Source: Vicugna vicugna
Taxonomy: Eukaryota
Assembly (NCBI GenBank): GCA_013265495.1
Contig: MU058037.1
Span: 931,498 to 995,497, forward strand
Length of the DNA stretch: 64,000 bases
Reading direction: 5' to 3'
Shown here: piece by piece, positions 12,830-26,399 of the stretch
How the letters are laid out: every line of letters begins with the position of its first letter
Position numbering within the stretch: position 1 is the stretch's first letter
The notes under the pieces: model-generated
Told to the model about the DNA's origin: nothing
Database searches by the model: none
Seen by the model: only the letters and a program-made list of their open reading frames with translations
Program-made: the position numbers and the translations under genes

Positions 12830-13148
12830 CATTTCTTCACAATGTAATCCATTGAAAAACAGTTCTGTAAGTCATTAGGAGGTGCTGTCATAAAATAAAC
12901 TTTATTTCCATGGTCAAATAAGTCTGGAAAACTGCGGCTTAAAGTTCATAATTTTTCTTCACTTATAGGACTTCTCAGAGCTTTTATTGCACCAAGAGGA
13001 ATTGTAAATCAGCAAAAAAAGAAAAAAATACAAGATGAAGCAATTCTCAAACATATTTGGCCATGGAAGCCATACTTTGTTTTTTCAATGAAGACCTATT
13101 GATGTCTTGCATGGCCTAGTATTCAGAGGACCAGAGTTTGGGAAACAC
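12830..13148. mobile_element. MER103C-like hAT-Charlie MITE
   Basis: ttccatggtcaaataagtctggaaaactg, ggacttctcagagc, tctcaaacatatttggccatggaa, tttgggaaacac. Confidence 0.7.
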
Positions 13149-15394
13149 CAACCAAAGGTAATGTCTCTCAGTCACAGATTACACAGGGGATGAAAAATGA
13201 TGAAAGATAGTTTCTGAAAAGCCAGGTTCCTCCCCTACAAGCAAACTGTACAGTCCTTCCCCTATGTAGGAAACCGATATAACTCTGAGTTTCCAAACTT
13301 CTTGCAATTCAGTGAGGGTAGAGTGACCCTGGGAAAGTTACAAACCTATCTCAGGCATGGTTCCTTCGTTTATGACAACTGGCCATAAAGATCTATCTTC
13401 CCACTCTAGTTCCCAAAGCTATAGAATTAATGGAGCCATTCCTAAGGAGTGATGTGAATTACTTGGAGAAAGCCTCTATGTAAATACAAGGTTTTGCCAT
13501 CTTAAATGCTGTGGATTTATGCCCTGGACTGCACAATGACAGCCATGCAGATAGCTCTCTGTTATTTTTCAAAGCCAAAGAAGTCTGATCAACACATTAG
13601 CCTTTCAGCCATCCACCCTCCCCAAACTGCCTTTTCACATGAAAATTCTTATTTCTTCCTCTGTGAACTGATAAAATGTGGCAGCAATGTGCCCATGAAA
13701 GCCAAAACTCTAGTATTTCAGTGTAACTATTTCTAAGGGATAGAAAAGGTAAACGACTTGTGATGTGGGATGCATGTGTATTATATTTACTTCCACAGTA
13801 AAAGGAAGAGCCAACATAGATAGGATGAATCGGATTCTTCATTATTTATGAAAATTGGCCTTTGAGACCTATTTCTTAAGTACTAATCACATGGAGGGAA
13901 AACTGAAGCAAGATTTCAAATTAGTTTGGCATAAAGATATATTAATTACATCAATGAATAGAAAATGTTTTGGTGGTGTGGATGTGTGCTATCTGAAACA
14001 CTGGTTCAATATGACTCAGATAATTCTTACTGCAGACTAGGTATTTTTGTATGTTAAAAAGTGACCAAGATAAAAGAAGTACAGATAGTAGGGTAATCAT
14101 AAGCATGAACAAGATGTCTTTTTTTGAAGTAGTAGCAACAGAGATGGAAGACACATGACACTGACTGACGATTGCAAACTTGGCCAGTGTCGTGTTGGTT
14201 GTAGGTGATCATGAGCTAAGTGGATGTGGAAGGTCTGGCTTGGCGACAACAGCTGGTTACATCCACATTACAACTTTGCAGGGATTCTTGTGCTTTGTAC
14301 CCAATTTATTCTTGCGTCTTACCTGCCCCAGGGAATTCTTTGTTAGAGCTGAATTCTTTCTTCTATATAAATGTATCCTTCCCACCTTGAGATCTGCCAT
14401 CTCTATTACCACAATCTTTCCTCTGCCCCAAAGGCATTTTATCTCCTAACCTATAATTTTCCTTTTGCTCCCAACTCTACCTCAAGAAAAGTCTCTCAAT
14501 CCTTTGGAGACAAAGTGACAACTGAGAAGTGGGAGAAAAAAAAAATCTCTCACTGTCTCTTCAGTTTTTTTAAAAGCATTCATTCAGTTCAGACTCCAGG
14601 GCAGCTCTTGGACTCTGCCTTGTCACCCCCACATTCACCTCCCAGGATTGATCCTAATCTAAAATCCCAAATTGCCCCTTTGGAATGAACGGTAGCTTAG
14701 AACATTCCTTCTATTGCTTTGGAGTCTCTGAAATATCCCCATTAAATAAATGCAGAGCCTGCAAGAGTTGTGAGATGAAACTGGTGGAGATGAGTGGTCC
14801 TGAGGGAATTTTTCATCTAAAAGAAATTTCTTGCTGCCATTCATGAACCCAAATTAGCTATTTTATGGAGCAAAAATAAAAAAGTAAATCCTCCTAAGTC
14901 ATCACTTGATTCAGTAAGTGATGTAGAAATATCCCATCGGTTGCTATAGGAAATTGAGCCTAGTCCATTTATTATTTTAATTTTAGTTCCTTAAGACATG
15001 TAGACAGAGATCTTGACAAAACCTGAGATGGGGCAAGAAGTTCCATAAGATCTTTAAAAGCCACTGGCATTCCCAAAGTACATGGAAAGAAAAATCCATT
15101 TTAATGGAATCAATAACGCTTTGGATTTCCTGCCAGATTTTGTGTCTGTCCGTCATTCATTCAGTATCTGTAGGAACACGTACTAGGTAGCGCTGCTGGC
15201 ACCATGCAGACCACCCCTTGCAGAATGGACAGCCAGACCATACAGAATGAATCAGGGATCCTAAGCTCGCGAGTGCTGTCTCCATGGGTGCCCTGGGCAG
15301 TTCTGCTTCTTAGGAGATAAACACGCACACTCTGAAGGTACTGAGGGGGAAGAAAACAAATACCTGACTTAAATCACTGAAGCAAAGAGTGTCT

Positions 15395-15665
15395 TGACAG
15401 GATACTGTAAGACTAAAGGCAAAAAAGAGTGGTGCACAAGCACTACCCTCTAGTTGATAAATTTGTTTTTCACAGGGTTAAAGGTTAGCAATTCTGAAGC
15501 TATTTGTATTCCAGAAGTGAGATAAGTAAATACATTGTAGATAATCAAAGCCAGGTTCTCACTGTCAGAGCAAGAAATTACAAATAAAGAAAATAGGGGA
15601 GGCTAGAATAAATCCTATGGTGCTGAAGTCAGAAAAATCAATAAAACCTCATGATTTACAAAAAA

Positions 15666-15700
<35 letters not shown>

Positions 15701-16828
15701 GACAAAAAGATATAGAAATATAGACGTGTGTGTTTAAGTACAACACCCCAGTAGCAATATTTATTTCTAAGCACCCAAATCTTGATTTCTAAATACCATT
15801 CTCCAATAAAAGGAACTAGGCCAAAAAGTAAAGAAGTACTCCAAAAAATTAGGAATTTTTTTAAAAAGGTGAAGACATGTTGAAAAGTCATAGGAGCCAA
15901 CCTGAAAGAGCTCTCAATGGTCAAAGTTGGAACAATCTGAACAAGGAAATAGAGTATTAGAATATAAACCTAAGAATAAATAAACATTCATGAATCCATG
16001 CTGATATAACTGAATAAATAAACAGGGGAGAAGGACAGCTCTCCCTAGAGCATTCTAATTAAATAATACAGAAGGAATTAAGAAAACAGAAAATAACCAT
16101 TAGAAGACATCAGTAATTGCTGCAAGCAAGAGCCACCAATGGATGCTAAAATTAGTTTGCAAAAGTTTAAGTAGAAACCAGATATTTGCTTACTCTCAAA
16201 GTCTCTCTCCAAACTATTTAGTAATTACAAAGAGAAAAATAGTAAGTTTATAGTCAGGAATACTGGTACATACCACTCTGCAAATCAGCCAAGTGAGCAA
16301 GATTAACATCACAAGGAATATATATGAACAGCATGTACCCTCTGATACTCTGTGCTGAAAAGGGCACATGGCCTTTGGAGAATCCTTCCCAGGAATGCAT
16401 AGCATCAATCTAATCATGAGAAAACATCAAGCTAATCCAAATTGAGGAACATTCTACAAAGTGACTGACCAGTACTCTTTAAAAGTGCTAAGTCATAAAA
16501 GACAAGAAAACACTGTGGAAAGGTCAGAGTGGAGAAGACCACAGACACACAATTAAATGCAATACAGAATCCTGTGTCATATTCTAGAACAGAAAAAAGA
16601 TGGTAAGGGAAAAAAACTGGTGAAATCCAAAGAAATTCCTTAACTCAGTTCATAGTATTGTAGCAAGGTTAATTTCTCAGTTTTCATAATTGTTCTACAG
16701 TTTTGTAAGCTGTAACAGGAGGGGAAACTGGCTGAAAGGTATGTGGGAACTCTGTACTATTTTTGCAACTTGTCTGTAAGCCTAAAGTTATTTCAAAATC
16801 AAAAGTTAAAGCAACAATAGAAAAAAAT
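15395..16828 (+). mobile_element. Old L1 3'UTR (L1MC/L1MD-like)
   Basis: ctctcaatggtcaaagttggaacaat, atgagaaaacatcaag...aattgaggaacattctacaaa; 3' end ggaactctgtactatttttgcaactt...caaaagttaaa. Confidence 0.8.
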
Positions 16829-16859
16829 CAGAGGCGTAATTTTTAAGCTCCCGTGACTG

Positions 16860-17362
16860 TCTTTTCCAACAACAGCCCCACCTGCTCCTCCAGAATCTTG
16901 CCACCCCCCTATCAAGAGGTGAGGTCTATTTACCTTTCCTTCAGCCTGCACAGGACTTGATGACAACTTCCATGAGTTAGGACAGACACTGCCTGGCTTC
17001 TGAATCCAGGTCACAAAAGGCGGTGCAGCTCCTACGTGGTGTGTTCTCTCTCTCTCCCCCTCCCTCCTCTCACCCTCGGAACCCAGCCACCATTTTATAA
17101 GAAAGCCTAGGCCACGTGACAAAATCACTTTTATATGCTTCAGCTGGAAGCCCCAGCTAATAGCTAAGGCAACAGCCAGGCCTGTAAGTATGCCTTCAGA
17201 TAATTCCAGCCCAATGCCTTCAAGCTGTCCCATCCGTCACTAAGTGGAACAGAGATATGCTATTGTCCAAACTGCAGATTTGGGAGCATAATTACTGTTG
17301 TTATTGTTTTAAGCTACTAAGGCTTGGGGTGATTTGTTATGCTGCAAAAGATAACTGAAACA
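16860..17362 (+). mobile_element. MLT1 (MLT1G/H-like) solo LTR
   Basis: atcaagaggtgaggtctatt; 3' end ttgttttaagctactaaggcttggggtgatttgttatgctgcaaaagataactgaaaca. Confidence 0.8.
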
Positions 17363-18284
17363 GCTGCCCTAAATTGGTTTAATTAATTGCTATTGGAAGA
17401 TACTATATCCATTCCATCCCTTAAAACAAAGCTTTACTAACAAGAATAAAAAGAGGACTCTTGGGTGGTATGAGTTTAGTAGCATTTCTTGCCATTCTGT
17501 TTCTACAGTGATTTATTTTCCTATACAGTATCCCCTTCTGAAGGAGATCAATATGACCTTGAGATATTAAGATATATCCTAATGGCATATTAGACTTGTG
17601 TTTTGCTAGGTCTCATTCTAAGCACTTCCATATTAATGTCTACCTGTTTACTTTCAGAACTAAGTCATCCTATTTGTCAGTGAATAAACAGCAAAGTGAT
17701 CAGTGTCCTCAATTTCTCCCTTTCCTCTGTGCCCTATCTTCACCCTTTAAGTTCAAACCTCTTGCCTTCGAAGTAGAGCTGGGACCACACAAACAACCAT
17801 CATTTACGTGCAAAAGTTTTTTCTTAAGTTTGTCAACTTGTACACTAAGAATTATGCTGAAAGCAGAAAAGCCAGACACATCAATTTAGCAGTAAAACAC
17901 GCTGATATCAAAGATATCAAATAGGTCAATAACCATCTTAGGAGTATCTGAGAACCTCTTTTTCTTTACAAAGCTCCTAACTCTTCATTTTCAGAATTAA
18001 GCTAAATTACGACCTTGATCTTAATAAAATTATGAAATAAACTGTACCATCTTCGAGATATTAACATGGAGAAAATAAAATAGGGAATTATCAATGCTTA
18101 GTTTTCTGCCTGCTATATAATTAAGGAAGAAGCTAATATTATAGGGATGTACATTACAAAAGTATTTTGCTCTTCTCTGCCAGATTAAAGTGAAGCGTGT
18201 TTCAACATACCTTCTTTGAAGTCACTGTATGTGAGTTCACATCACTCTCTTGCTTTTCTCTACTTTGAGAGCAAGGGAAATAGC

Positions 18285-18575
18285 ACCGAAAAAAAATCGA
18301 GTTCTGAATCACAAACACCTGAGTTTGAATCCGGGCTCTCAGTGATGTATTTGCTATGTCAGTGGTTCTCACAGTTTCAACGTGCATCAGAATCACCTGG
18401 AGGGCTTGTTAAACCACAGGTTACCTGGGGCCCAACCCACAGGTTTTTGATTCAGTACGTGTAGGGTGGGGCCTGAAATTGGTGTCTTACGAGTTTCCAG
18501 ATGATGCTGAGTTGTAAGCGTTTGAGCAAATTACTCCTTGGTTTGAGTCTCGGATTCTGTGGCTGAAAAAAATTG
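18285..18575 (+). mobile_element. MIR SINE interrupted by MER5A
   Basis: acctgagtttgaatccgggctct before the insertion, resuming as ttgagcaaattact...tgagtctcgg after it. Confidence 0.6.
18360..18510. mobile_element. MER5A MITE, truncated, inserted in MIR
   Basis: cagtggttctcacagtttcaacgtgcatcagaatcacctggagggcttgttaaacc. Confidence 0.88.
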
Positions 18576-18637
18576 GAGAGTTTCTTCCTACACCATAAAT
18601 ACTCACTTCCTTCCCCCGTATTAGTCAATACCCACAA

Positions 18638-18953
18638 CAGGTTCAGCACCCTTTCCACAATTCTGAACCTGAAACATTTCAGGAAACAGCGTTTCTTTTT
18701 CTCTTAGGTTTGGTTCAAATTCATTTGGCAACAAACCTGGTCTATTAACAGTCTTCATTTATTACATATTGTTTTTATTCAGTATCTATTTTATTATATG
18801 TATAGTTTGGTTATCGGGGGCTGTGACCCTACCCCACTAGAATGGTTTTGTATTAAACAGGCTACGAACCATACTACCTTTCCAAAATGAGGGGAAAGGT
18901 CTGAATCCTGAAGTCCTGGCTCTAAATATTTTGGATAAGGAACTGGTGATCTG
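18638..18953. mobile_element. Possible TcMar-Tigger-derived element
   Basis: Ends resemble degenerate Tigger TIRs (caggttcagcaccctttccacaatt ... attttggataaggaactggtgatctg). Confidence 0.4.
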
Positions 18954-21175
18954 TCTTTAGCACTTCAACAGATTTATATCTTTTCTTTGACTTATTTAAC
19001 TGTTTTCAGTTTTCTCAACTTGCTTATAAATCCCTCAAGAGCAGAATCACGTCTTGCGTGGCAACCCCCACATCACCTATCACATCCTGAACCTGAAGTA
19101 CGTGCTAAATAAATAACCACAGGTTTGACTTTATTGACCCTAATAAGATTCGAGTAAAAGTTTGACATGATTCCACAGTATGAGATTCAAGAAGGATAGA
19201 TGGAATCAAAAAAATTGCAAGGTTCTCAAAATCGCCATTCTGACTATAATCCCCATCATCCCAAATGATACTGACAAGAAGAAAATGTGACAGTGACATT
19301 TCTGCTCTTCTTTGCACTTGTTAAACATCATATCTAAAGTATTGGAACTGGACCTTGTTTCTGCTCCCCGTCTTAAGAACCTACACTATTATTCCCATAC
19401 TTTGATTTGATCTCTTTTCTAATGGCTGCTTTCCAAAAGCCTTTATATATGCTCAAAGCTGTTGCATCTTTAAAAACTAAAGAGAAAGAACGCATGTTAT
19501 GCACATAGGAACAAAGGTGCTGTGACTTGAGGTGTAATCTATGAGAAGGTGACCGATTCCATTTGTGATCCAGGAAGCCAAAGTGAGGTTGGCAGATGGG
19601 GTAAGGACAGTCCACAAGATTCATTTACAGAAGCTTGCAAAGATGCTGCAAGGGTCAGACCTCTCATTCAGAAGGCAAACTTTGATGGGAAACTGGATAC
19701 CAGGCACCTGGATCATCAGTGGGACAGTACGACAAAGCCTGTCCATCCGGGTATTGCATTATTGCATTATATAGAGATTTTTGCCCCCCAGGATCTTAAG
19801 GTCACTGCTCTTTTAACAATGCCTCTAATACTACATCCCCACACCCAGAAAATCCCCTTGAATCTAAGAGCCTAAATAAAGGGAAAAAAGCAACACTATT
19901 CACATCGCAGGAATGATGACACAAATTCACATTCTCGTTAGAACTGGTCCTGCAGGATTCTGCAGGATCAAGAATTTCACATGCCATTGCCTTGGCTGGA
20001 CCACAGGACCTCCCCTCCAGATATATGAAGTACATCAGTGGGTTTTCAAATTAACACTTATTGAAATCTGAAACCTCTCCTTTTTCTTAATTTTTTCCCA
20101 GTATTATCTATTGACCTTCACAGCTGGTATCTGGAGTAATACACATGTGCTTGCAAAGACAAGAAAATAGAGAATGGAGCCATGAAAAGAGACTTGAGAC
20201 AGACACAGAGAGAGGGAGGCAGAGAGAAGGAAGAGATACAGAAAAAATTATGATTCACTATAGGAAATTGCCAAGACTCTATCATTTTTTAATGTATGAA
20301 AATGGAGATTTCATATAGTTCAACTTCAACATAAATAACTACTATCCCACATTTTTATAAGAAAACAAAAAAGAGAGAGAAAGAAACGAGAGGCATTATA
20401 CGTAAGGATGATCTAGATGTATCTGGGCCCTACATCTCCATAACGCTGACTCTGATCATCCTCTTTCAGAGACAAAAAACCAGGGACCATTATGTGCCGG
20501 GTCATGATTTAGAGATGCACAAGAATGGAAGGGAGGCTTAAAAAGAGCCACATCAAAATTAATGGCTAAAGGGTCACATGCTAGACTCATGTCTTCAGGG
20601 TCGCCAGTCTCCTTTAAGATTCTTAGCTCAGACTGTTGATTGCCCGCCTCCCGGGAGACCGCACTAAAATCCATCACTGCACTGCCCAGCATTTGTTCTT
20701 AGCGCAGCCTTCCCTGCAAAAGGCCTGGGCTTCCCCTGTGGCATCAGAGTGCCCAGGTGCCCATGTACTGATAAAAGCACGCACTTCCCTTCCCCTTTCT
20801 TTCTTTGTTTCACAGGTGGAGCTAGATGGCTTCCATCATCACTTGACAATCTGGCTTTTGTCAGAGTCAGTGCCTCTCTCCCCAGGGAAAGGGAACTGAG
20901 GAAGGGAAATTGCAAGAACTTCTTTTCCTCTATTTTTCCTCCGAACGTCTGTTTTTCTGACATTCTACTTGCCATTTGTTGGAAACTGGATCCTGGCCAG
21001 GACCTCAGAATGAGGAGTGTGTTGTCATCACCAGGGAGAATAAATTGAGCAGAACTTCTAAACTTGGGCTGAACACTGCACTGATCTGGGGTAGCACGTT
21101 AGAACATATGTTCCCAGGACCCTACTGAATCAGGCACCCCCACCCCTAACCCGAGTCTGTCTTGTTGCTTTAACT

Positions 21176-21402
21176 CAGTGGTTCTCAACTGTGGGGGTGG
21201 TGATTTTGCCCCCAGGGGACATTTGGCCACATCTGGACACAGTTTTGGGCTGCCATAACCAGGAGAGGGGTGCTACTAGTAACTAGTAGGTCAAGGCCAG
21301 GGATGGTGCAAAACATCCTCCAATGTATGGGACAGCACCCCCACCCCCAACAGAGAATGGGCTGGCCTTGGAAGTTAGCAGTGCCAAGGTGAAGAAACTC
21401 AA
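21176..21402 (+). mobile_element. MER20 hAT-Charlie MITE inserted in an older MER5-like element (~21050-21455)
   Basis: cagtggttctcaac...gattttgcccccaggggacatttggc; degenerate 8-bp TSD ctttaact/gcttaact. Confidence 0.9.
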
Positions 21403-22169
21403 GCTTAACTCCTCGGGCAGGTCTAGTGATCTGACAGGTTTCAGAACTACTAACTAGATAGTCCAAGAAGATGGTAAGACTGGAAAAGATTATAAGTGGG
21501 TCATTACAATTTATTGGTAAGAATAGTTACTAACTGCTGAATCTAGCCTGTATTTCAATTATCCAAAGTCTCCAGAGAGAGAGAGTTGACCGTAACAATA
21601 ACAACAAAAAAATTATACAAATTTTGCCCCTCCTTTTACTTACATTAGTGTGTGAAAGTGACGGTGATATATACACATATATAATACACATATATATATT
21701 CTTATCCTTTAGTTTATATATAAGAAAAAGTGGCATTATTGAAAACAAGATGTGTACACGTGGCTTGTGGTATATTCGGGGGAAGTAATATTAATAATGG
21801 AGGCAAGGAATGCTTGGATTTCGTTTAATGCCTTGCCCAGTTTTCTTTGTAAAAATCTGGAGTTTTATGGTGAATCCTGAGATTCAAATATTGACTCAGT
21901 AGACCAAAACAGAGAGCTTCTACTTTGCCTACTTGATACAAAGGTTTCTGCTAATGAAAGTGAAAGGAATTTTATCAGTTATCTTTTTTCTAATCTTTTC
22001 CTATGGTTTCTGGAACTAGCAGTTGCGAGGGAAGAGAAACTAGCCCCACAGGCTTGGAGATAGGTCAGCGATCCATCTTTTTTCAAACCCCTATAACTCA
22101 TGACTTCTTACCTGCATGTCCATTCCGGAGAAAATTTATGTAAAAAGAAGACAGTACTGGGGGCCTTAT

Positions 22170-22600
22170 TTCTACATCCATCCATCCAGTCATACATTCA
22201 GTACTGCTATGAGAATCTGCTATGTCGGGCAGTGTCCTAGGTGCTGATGGTACAACGGTGAACAAAAAACAAGACACTGCCCTCACAGAATTTCCCTTTT
22301 GCCGGGGCAGATGCACACACAAAAACTAAACAGCTAGTCTGTATATAAATAGTTAGGGGGCAGGTGGAGATGAGTGGTATCGGGAGAATTGAAGCAGGGA
22401 AAGGAGAAGAGGGAGCATCAGGGTGGAAGTAAGAGTCCACCTTACAGTGGCTGGTCAAGGAAGGCCTCTGTGAAGAGAAGATGCTTGGGCAGAGGGCTGA
22501 AAGAAGCAAGGGAATAGCCAGGTGGTCATCTGGATGAAGAGCACATGTGGCAGAGGGAACAGCAAGTGCAAAGACCCTGGGGTGGATGAGAAGCAGAGAA
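22170..22600 (-). mobile_element. L2 (L2a-like) 3' end
   Basis: catccatccatcc...ctatgtcgggcagtgtcctaggtgctg...ggaaggcctctgtgaagag...gcagagggaacagcaagtgcaaagaccct. Confidence 0.85.
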
Positions 22601-23049
22601 TGAGTGAGAATAAGAATTAGAGAATATCTAATGGATCTGATTGGCCTCAAAACTTTGACCTTTGTTTTCACATGTGGCAGAGGGAACAGCAAGTGCAAAG
22701 ACCCTGGGGTGGATGAGAAGCAGAGAATGAGTGAGAATAAGAATTAGAGAATATCTAATGGATCTGATTGGCCTCAAAACTTTGACCTTTGTTTTCACAT
22801 GTGGCAGAGGGAACAGCAAGTGCAAAGACCCTGGGGTGGATGAGAAGCAGAGAATGAGTGAGAATAAGAATTAGAGAATATCTAATGGATCTGATTGGCC
22901 TCAAAACTTTGACCTTTGTTTTCACATGTGGCAGAGGGAACAGCAAGTGCAAAGACCCTGGGGTGGATGAGAAGCAGAGAATGAGTGAGAATAAGAATTA
23001 GAGAATATCTAATGGATCTGATTGGCCTCAAAACTTTGACCTTTGTTTT
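22542..23049. repeat. Tandem repeat, 4 identical copies of a 127-bp unit
   Basis: Unit cacatgtggcagaggg...gacctttgtttt starts at 22542, 22669, 22796 and 22923; I saw no differences between copies. Confidence 0.97.
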
Positions 23050-23704
23050 AGGGGCTTCTGGGGAGTTTGTAAAGCTATCGTGGGCACTGTGACTCTTTGT
23101 ACTCCTCTTCTCCCCACTTGAAAACAAAAAAAATGAAGTAACAACTAAGGTCAGAGAGAGAGAGGTGATTATGCAGTTTATTGGCACAAAACAGAGGAAC
23201 TTGTGCTCTTCATCGCTTTCCGGAGGAAAATCGAACATGGTCTGTGCTTAGGGAAATATTGTGCTTCTTGGACAGCAGAGCAGCAGGACAGCGCGGCAGC
23301 TGCAAATGACTAAGAGTTTTGGAAAGAGAAAAAAGGTGAGCTGAGTCTAAAGTTTAGTCCTGCAAAATACAAGTGGATAGACAGATACACTAACCCAGGA
23401 CACACAGCTAGCTGCACAGACGGGACTGTCACCACCCCCAGAAAAAATCATTCATCCTTGGGCGGGAGCCAAAAACCAGTGAGCAGTCCTGTGTAAATGA
23501 AGACTGTGCCCAAGGCCTGTGAACTCTCTTAATTAAAATATATTGATACCTGTTCAAGGTTGATCAATGAGCAGGCACCTTGAGTGCCCTTGGCTAGCTG
23601 GGTAAAAGCAATCCTCAAGGAAAGGGCTCTCTTGAAGAGGACTCCTAAGAGGGGACCCAAGAGATGTCAGGAGAGCAGAAGGTGGCCAGTGCCAGCCCTT
23701 TCAC

Positions 23705-24106
23705 AACTCGATGGACCTATAGATGATCATACTAAGTGAAGTAAGACAGAGAAAGGCAAATATCATATGATATCACTTCTATGTGGAATCTAAAAAAATG
23801 ATACAAATGAATTTATTTGCAAAACAGAAATAGACTCACAGACACTGGAAAACAAACTGATGGTTACCAAAGGGGAAAAGGGAGGGATAAACTAGGAATT
23901 TGGGATTAATAGATACACACTACTATATATAAAATAGATAACCAACAAGGACATACTGTATAGCACAGGGAAGTAGATTCAATATCTTGTAATAACCTAT
24001 AATGGAAAGGAATCTGAAAAAGAATATCTATATAACTGAATCACTTTGCTGTGCACCTGAAACTAACACAACATTGTAAATCAGCTAAACTACAATTTAA
24101 AAAAAC
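23705..24106 (+). mobile_element. 5'-truncated cetartiodactyl-type L1 3' end
   Basis: atcatactaagtgaagtaagacagag, gatacaaatgaatttatttgcaaaacagaaatagactcacag; A tail. Confidence 0.92.
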
Positions 24107-26399
24107 AGACTGAACAAAGGGAACAAAGGGGCAGAAATGGAGGATAGAAAAAATCCGAAGTCAGGGCAGAAACTGGGATTACTGAGGGTCAGTCTGGGTT
24201 GAAAGAATGAGGAGACCCTTGAGGGTGGAGGGAGAGATGTAAGGGCCAGAAAGAAGGAAACTGGAACCTAAGAAAGACTAAGGAAATGTGGAAAGTGGGA
24301 GACTGGCCCATAAGGGGATTAATCTGTGTGTGTCCGTGTGTGTGTATATCTGTTGTGTCTGTCAGTCTGTGTGTGCATGTGTGTTTTCAGCAAGTTTCTC
24401 ACGGTGGAGGCAGGGAAGTCTCTCGAGATGGAGCATGACCATACTCTGAGGGAAAAGAGACTGGATGAAAAGGAGAACTAACCACTGGACACAGAAAGAA
24501 GAGGAGCAAAGCCTGGAGCCGGAAGGAACGGAAGCACCTTCAGGGTAACTAACATCCGGAACACAGGCAAAGTGACAGCAGAGGCGATCGTGATGGAACT
24601 AGACAAGTGCGGCCAACACCCATCTGCCACTCATTTCACATGCATCGAGTATACACTGAGGTCCACTATGTGCCAGGCACTGGGTTAGCTACAGAAGGTA
24701 TAAAGAGAAAATTCCCTGGCCCTGCCCTGGGTTAGGCTATCTATCTGGTCAAGTTCATGACGAGTAAAACAGTCCATGATTGCCTCTCTGGGAGGAAATG
24801 CTCTGAGTCTCTGGCTTCATGTTGCTTAGAGGATGAAATAGCATAATCAGGAAAGAAAAGCCGCTCGCAGCACACTCCCTACCATCTTCAGTTGGCTTGA
24901 AAACAGTCATAGGGATAAAAGACTTATATAAGGTTCTAGAAAACCCCTAACCACCCCTCCCCTTGAAGAACGAAGCTCTGATTTACAGCACTGATTTTCA
25001 GGGAGACCCTCTTACTGTCAAGTCAGCTGAATTTCTGTGAATTTTAGATGCCCAAGGGTTGGGTTGCTGTTTTGAATTAGTTCCTCTTGCCAAGGGATAT
25101 AAGAAAAGGCTCCCGAAGGAAGCCTGCAAAAACAGCTCATTACTGTGCAATCCATTCCCCCGCCACCTTGCAGAAGATTCAGGCGGAAAAGCTTTGTTGC
25201 CACCGTCTGATAACAGAGGTGGTGGCCTGAATACTAACCAGAAAGCCGCAGAGAAGGAAATGTTTTCCGAGAAAATGTGTCTCTTCTGTAGGTAGGAAAA
25301 CAACAAGACAGAAAAAAAAAAAATACCCCACAAAAACCCTACAGGTCTCCGCTCACAAATCTCAAGCGGGTAAAGCTGCAAGCGTCTTGAGAAGGGCGGG
25401 AAGGTTAGGTCTGGGGGTCTGGCTTGTAAAGCCATTTTCAATGCCTCCCTTTGGCTGCTCACATACAGTGGGGTTGGTTTGCTCAAATGAATGCAAACAA
25501 AGGAATAAATTTGTTTGGAAGGGCAAGCTTCATTATACACTAATTAATGTAAATCTCACCCACAGAGAGGAACCAAAATAAATAGCTATAGTAATTAAAG
25601 TTTAGGGGTTTTGCTTTGTTTTGTTTGGAGGGGGGGTTAGTTCAGGGATTGCCTGCAAAGGATTCATATTTGATGGAGTTTTGGGGATGGATTTTTGTAC
25701 AATAATTTTTCAGAAGAACAAACTACCTAAATCACTCGCACAGTTGTCCCTAATCCAGGTCAGTAGAATCCTTCCTCTCAGAAAGGAATACACTGTGTTC
25801 CCACAAGAGGTTTTGGAAAACAGAAACCAATGTTAAGTATCAGAGCTCCAAAAATGTTAGAGAAAAAAGCCTAAAACAATGCGGGGGAAGAAAATTAAAT
25901 CATTAAAGCACTGTCACATTGAAATAACCAGACCAGCAGAGCCAAAAGATCAAAGCTGAGTCTATTAGTTACCAGGCAAGGGGAAATGGTATCATACCAA
26001 AGCGGGTTTGGTGAACCGCCCCAAGGAGAAGAGCTGAATAAGGTCAAAAGAGGAATTTTTGTTAAATAAGGCAGGATTCTGCAAAGAATTATTTGATTGG
26101 CTAAGAAGTGAATTATACAGTCTCTTCGGGGATTGATCATTGCTTGATTTAGGTCACAAAAGCACAGGCAAAGTTCTCAAAGTGGTCCAAGTTCTGTTGC
26201 ATTGAGAGTCTGTTATGTTCAGGATCAGGGAACAGCTACATGAATAACAGAATTCCAAGCCATGGCTAGCAATGACCAAGATATACTTTTCAATTAATGA
26301 TCTAACATGGGCTATTGGGAAGGCAAGAATGAACGCGCACATTTCTTTAACTTTCATGGCAATTAATGTTGTGCTCGTTTTCACCTGTGACATATCCAC

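Noticed and set aside
16799..17233. 144-codon minus-strand ORF
   Set aside because: Lies antisense within an MLT1 LTR.
19944..19972. Small hairpin tggtcctgcagg-at-tctgcaggatca
   Set aside because: Too short and imperfect to distinguish from chance or a local duplication of ctgcagga.
23041..23118. Minus-strand exon-like segment (GEKRSTKSHSAHDSFTNSPEAPKTK)
   Set aside because: The acceptor is plausible but the donor (AAG|gtcaaa) is poor and the peptide is not recognised.
22237..23238. Repeated minus-strand ORFs (MHLLFPLPHVK...) as a repeat protein, or the array as CRISPR-like
   Set aside because: They are a by-product of the 127-bp array, whose unit is not a multiple of 3 and has no variable spacers; the DNA is eukaryotic and partly L2-derived.
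24998..25540. 180-codon minus-strand ORF
   Set aside because: No domain resemblance, L/F/S-rich composition typical of random frames and no exon context.
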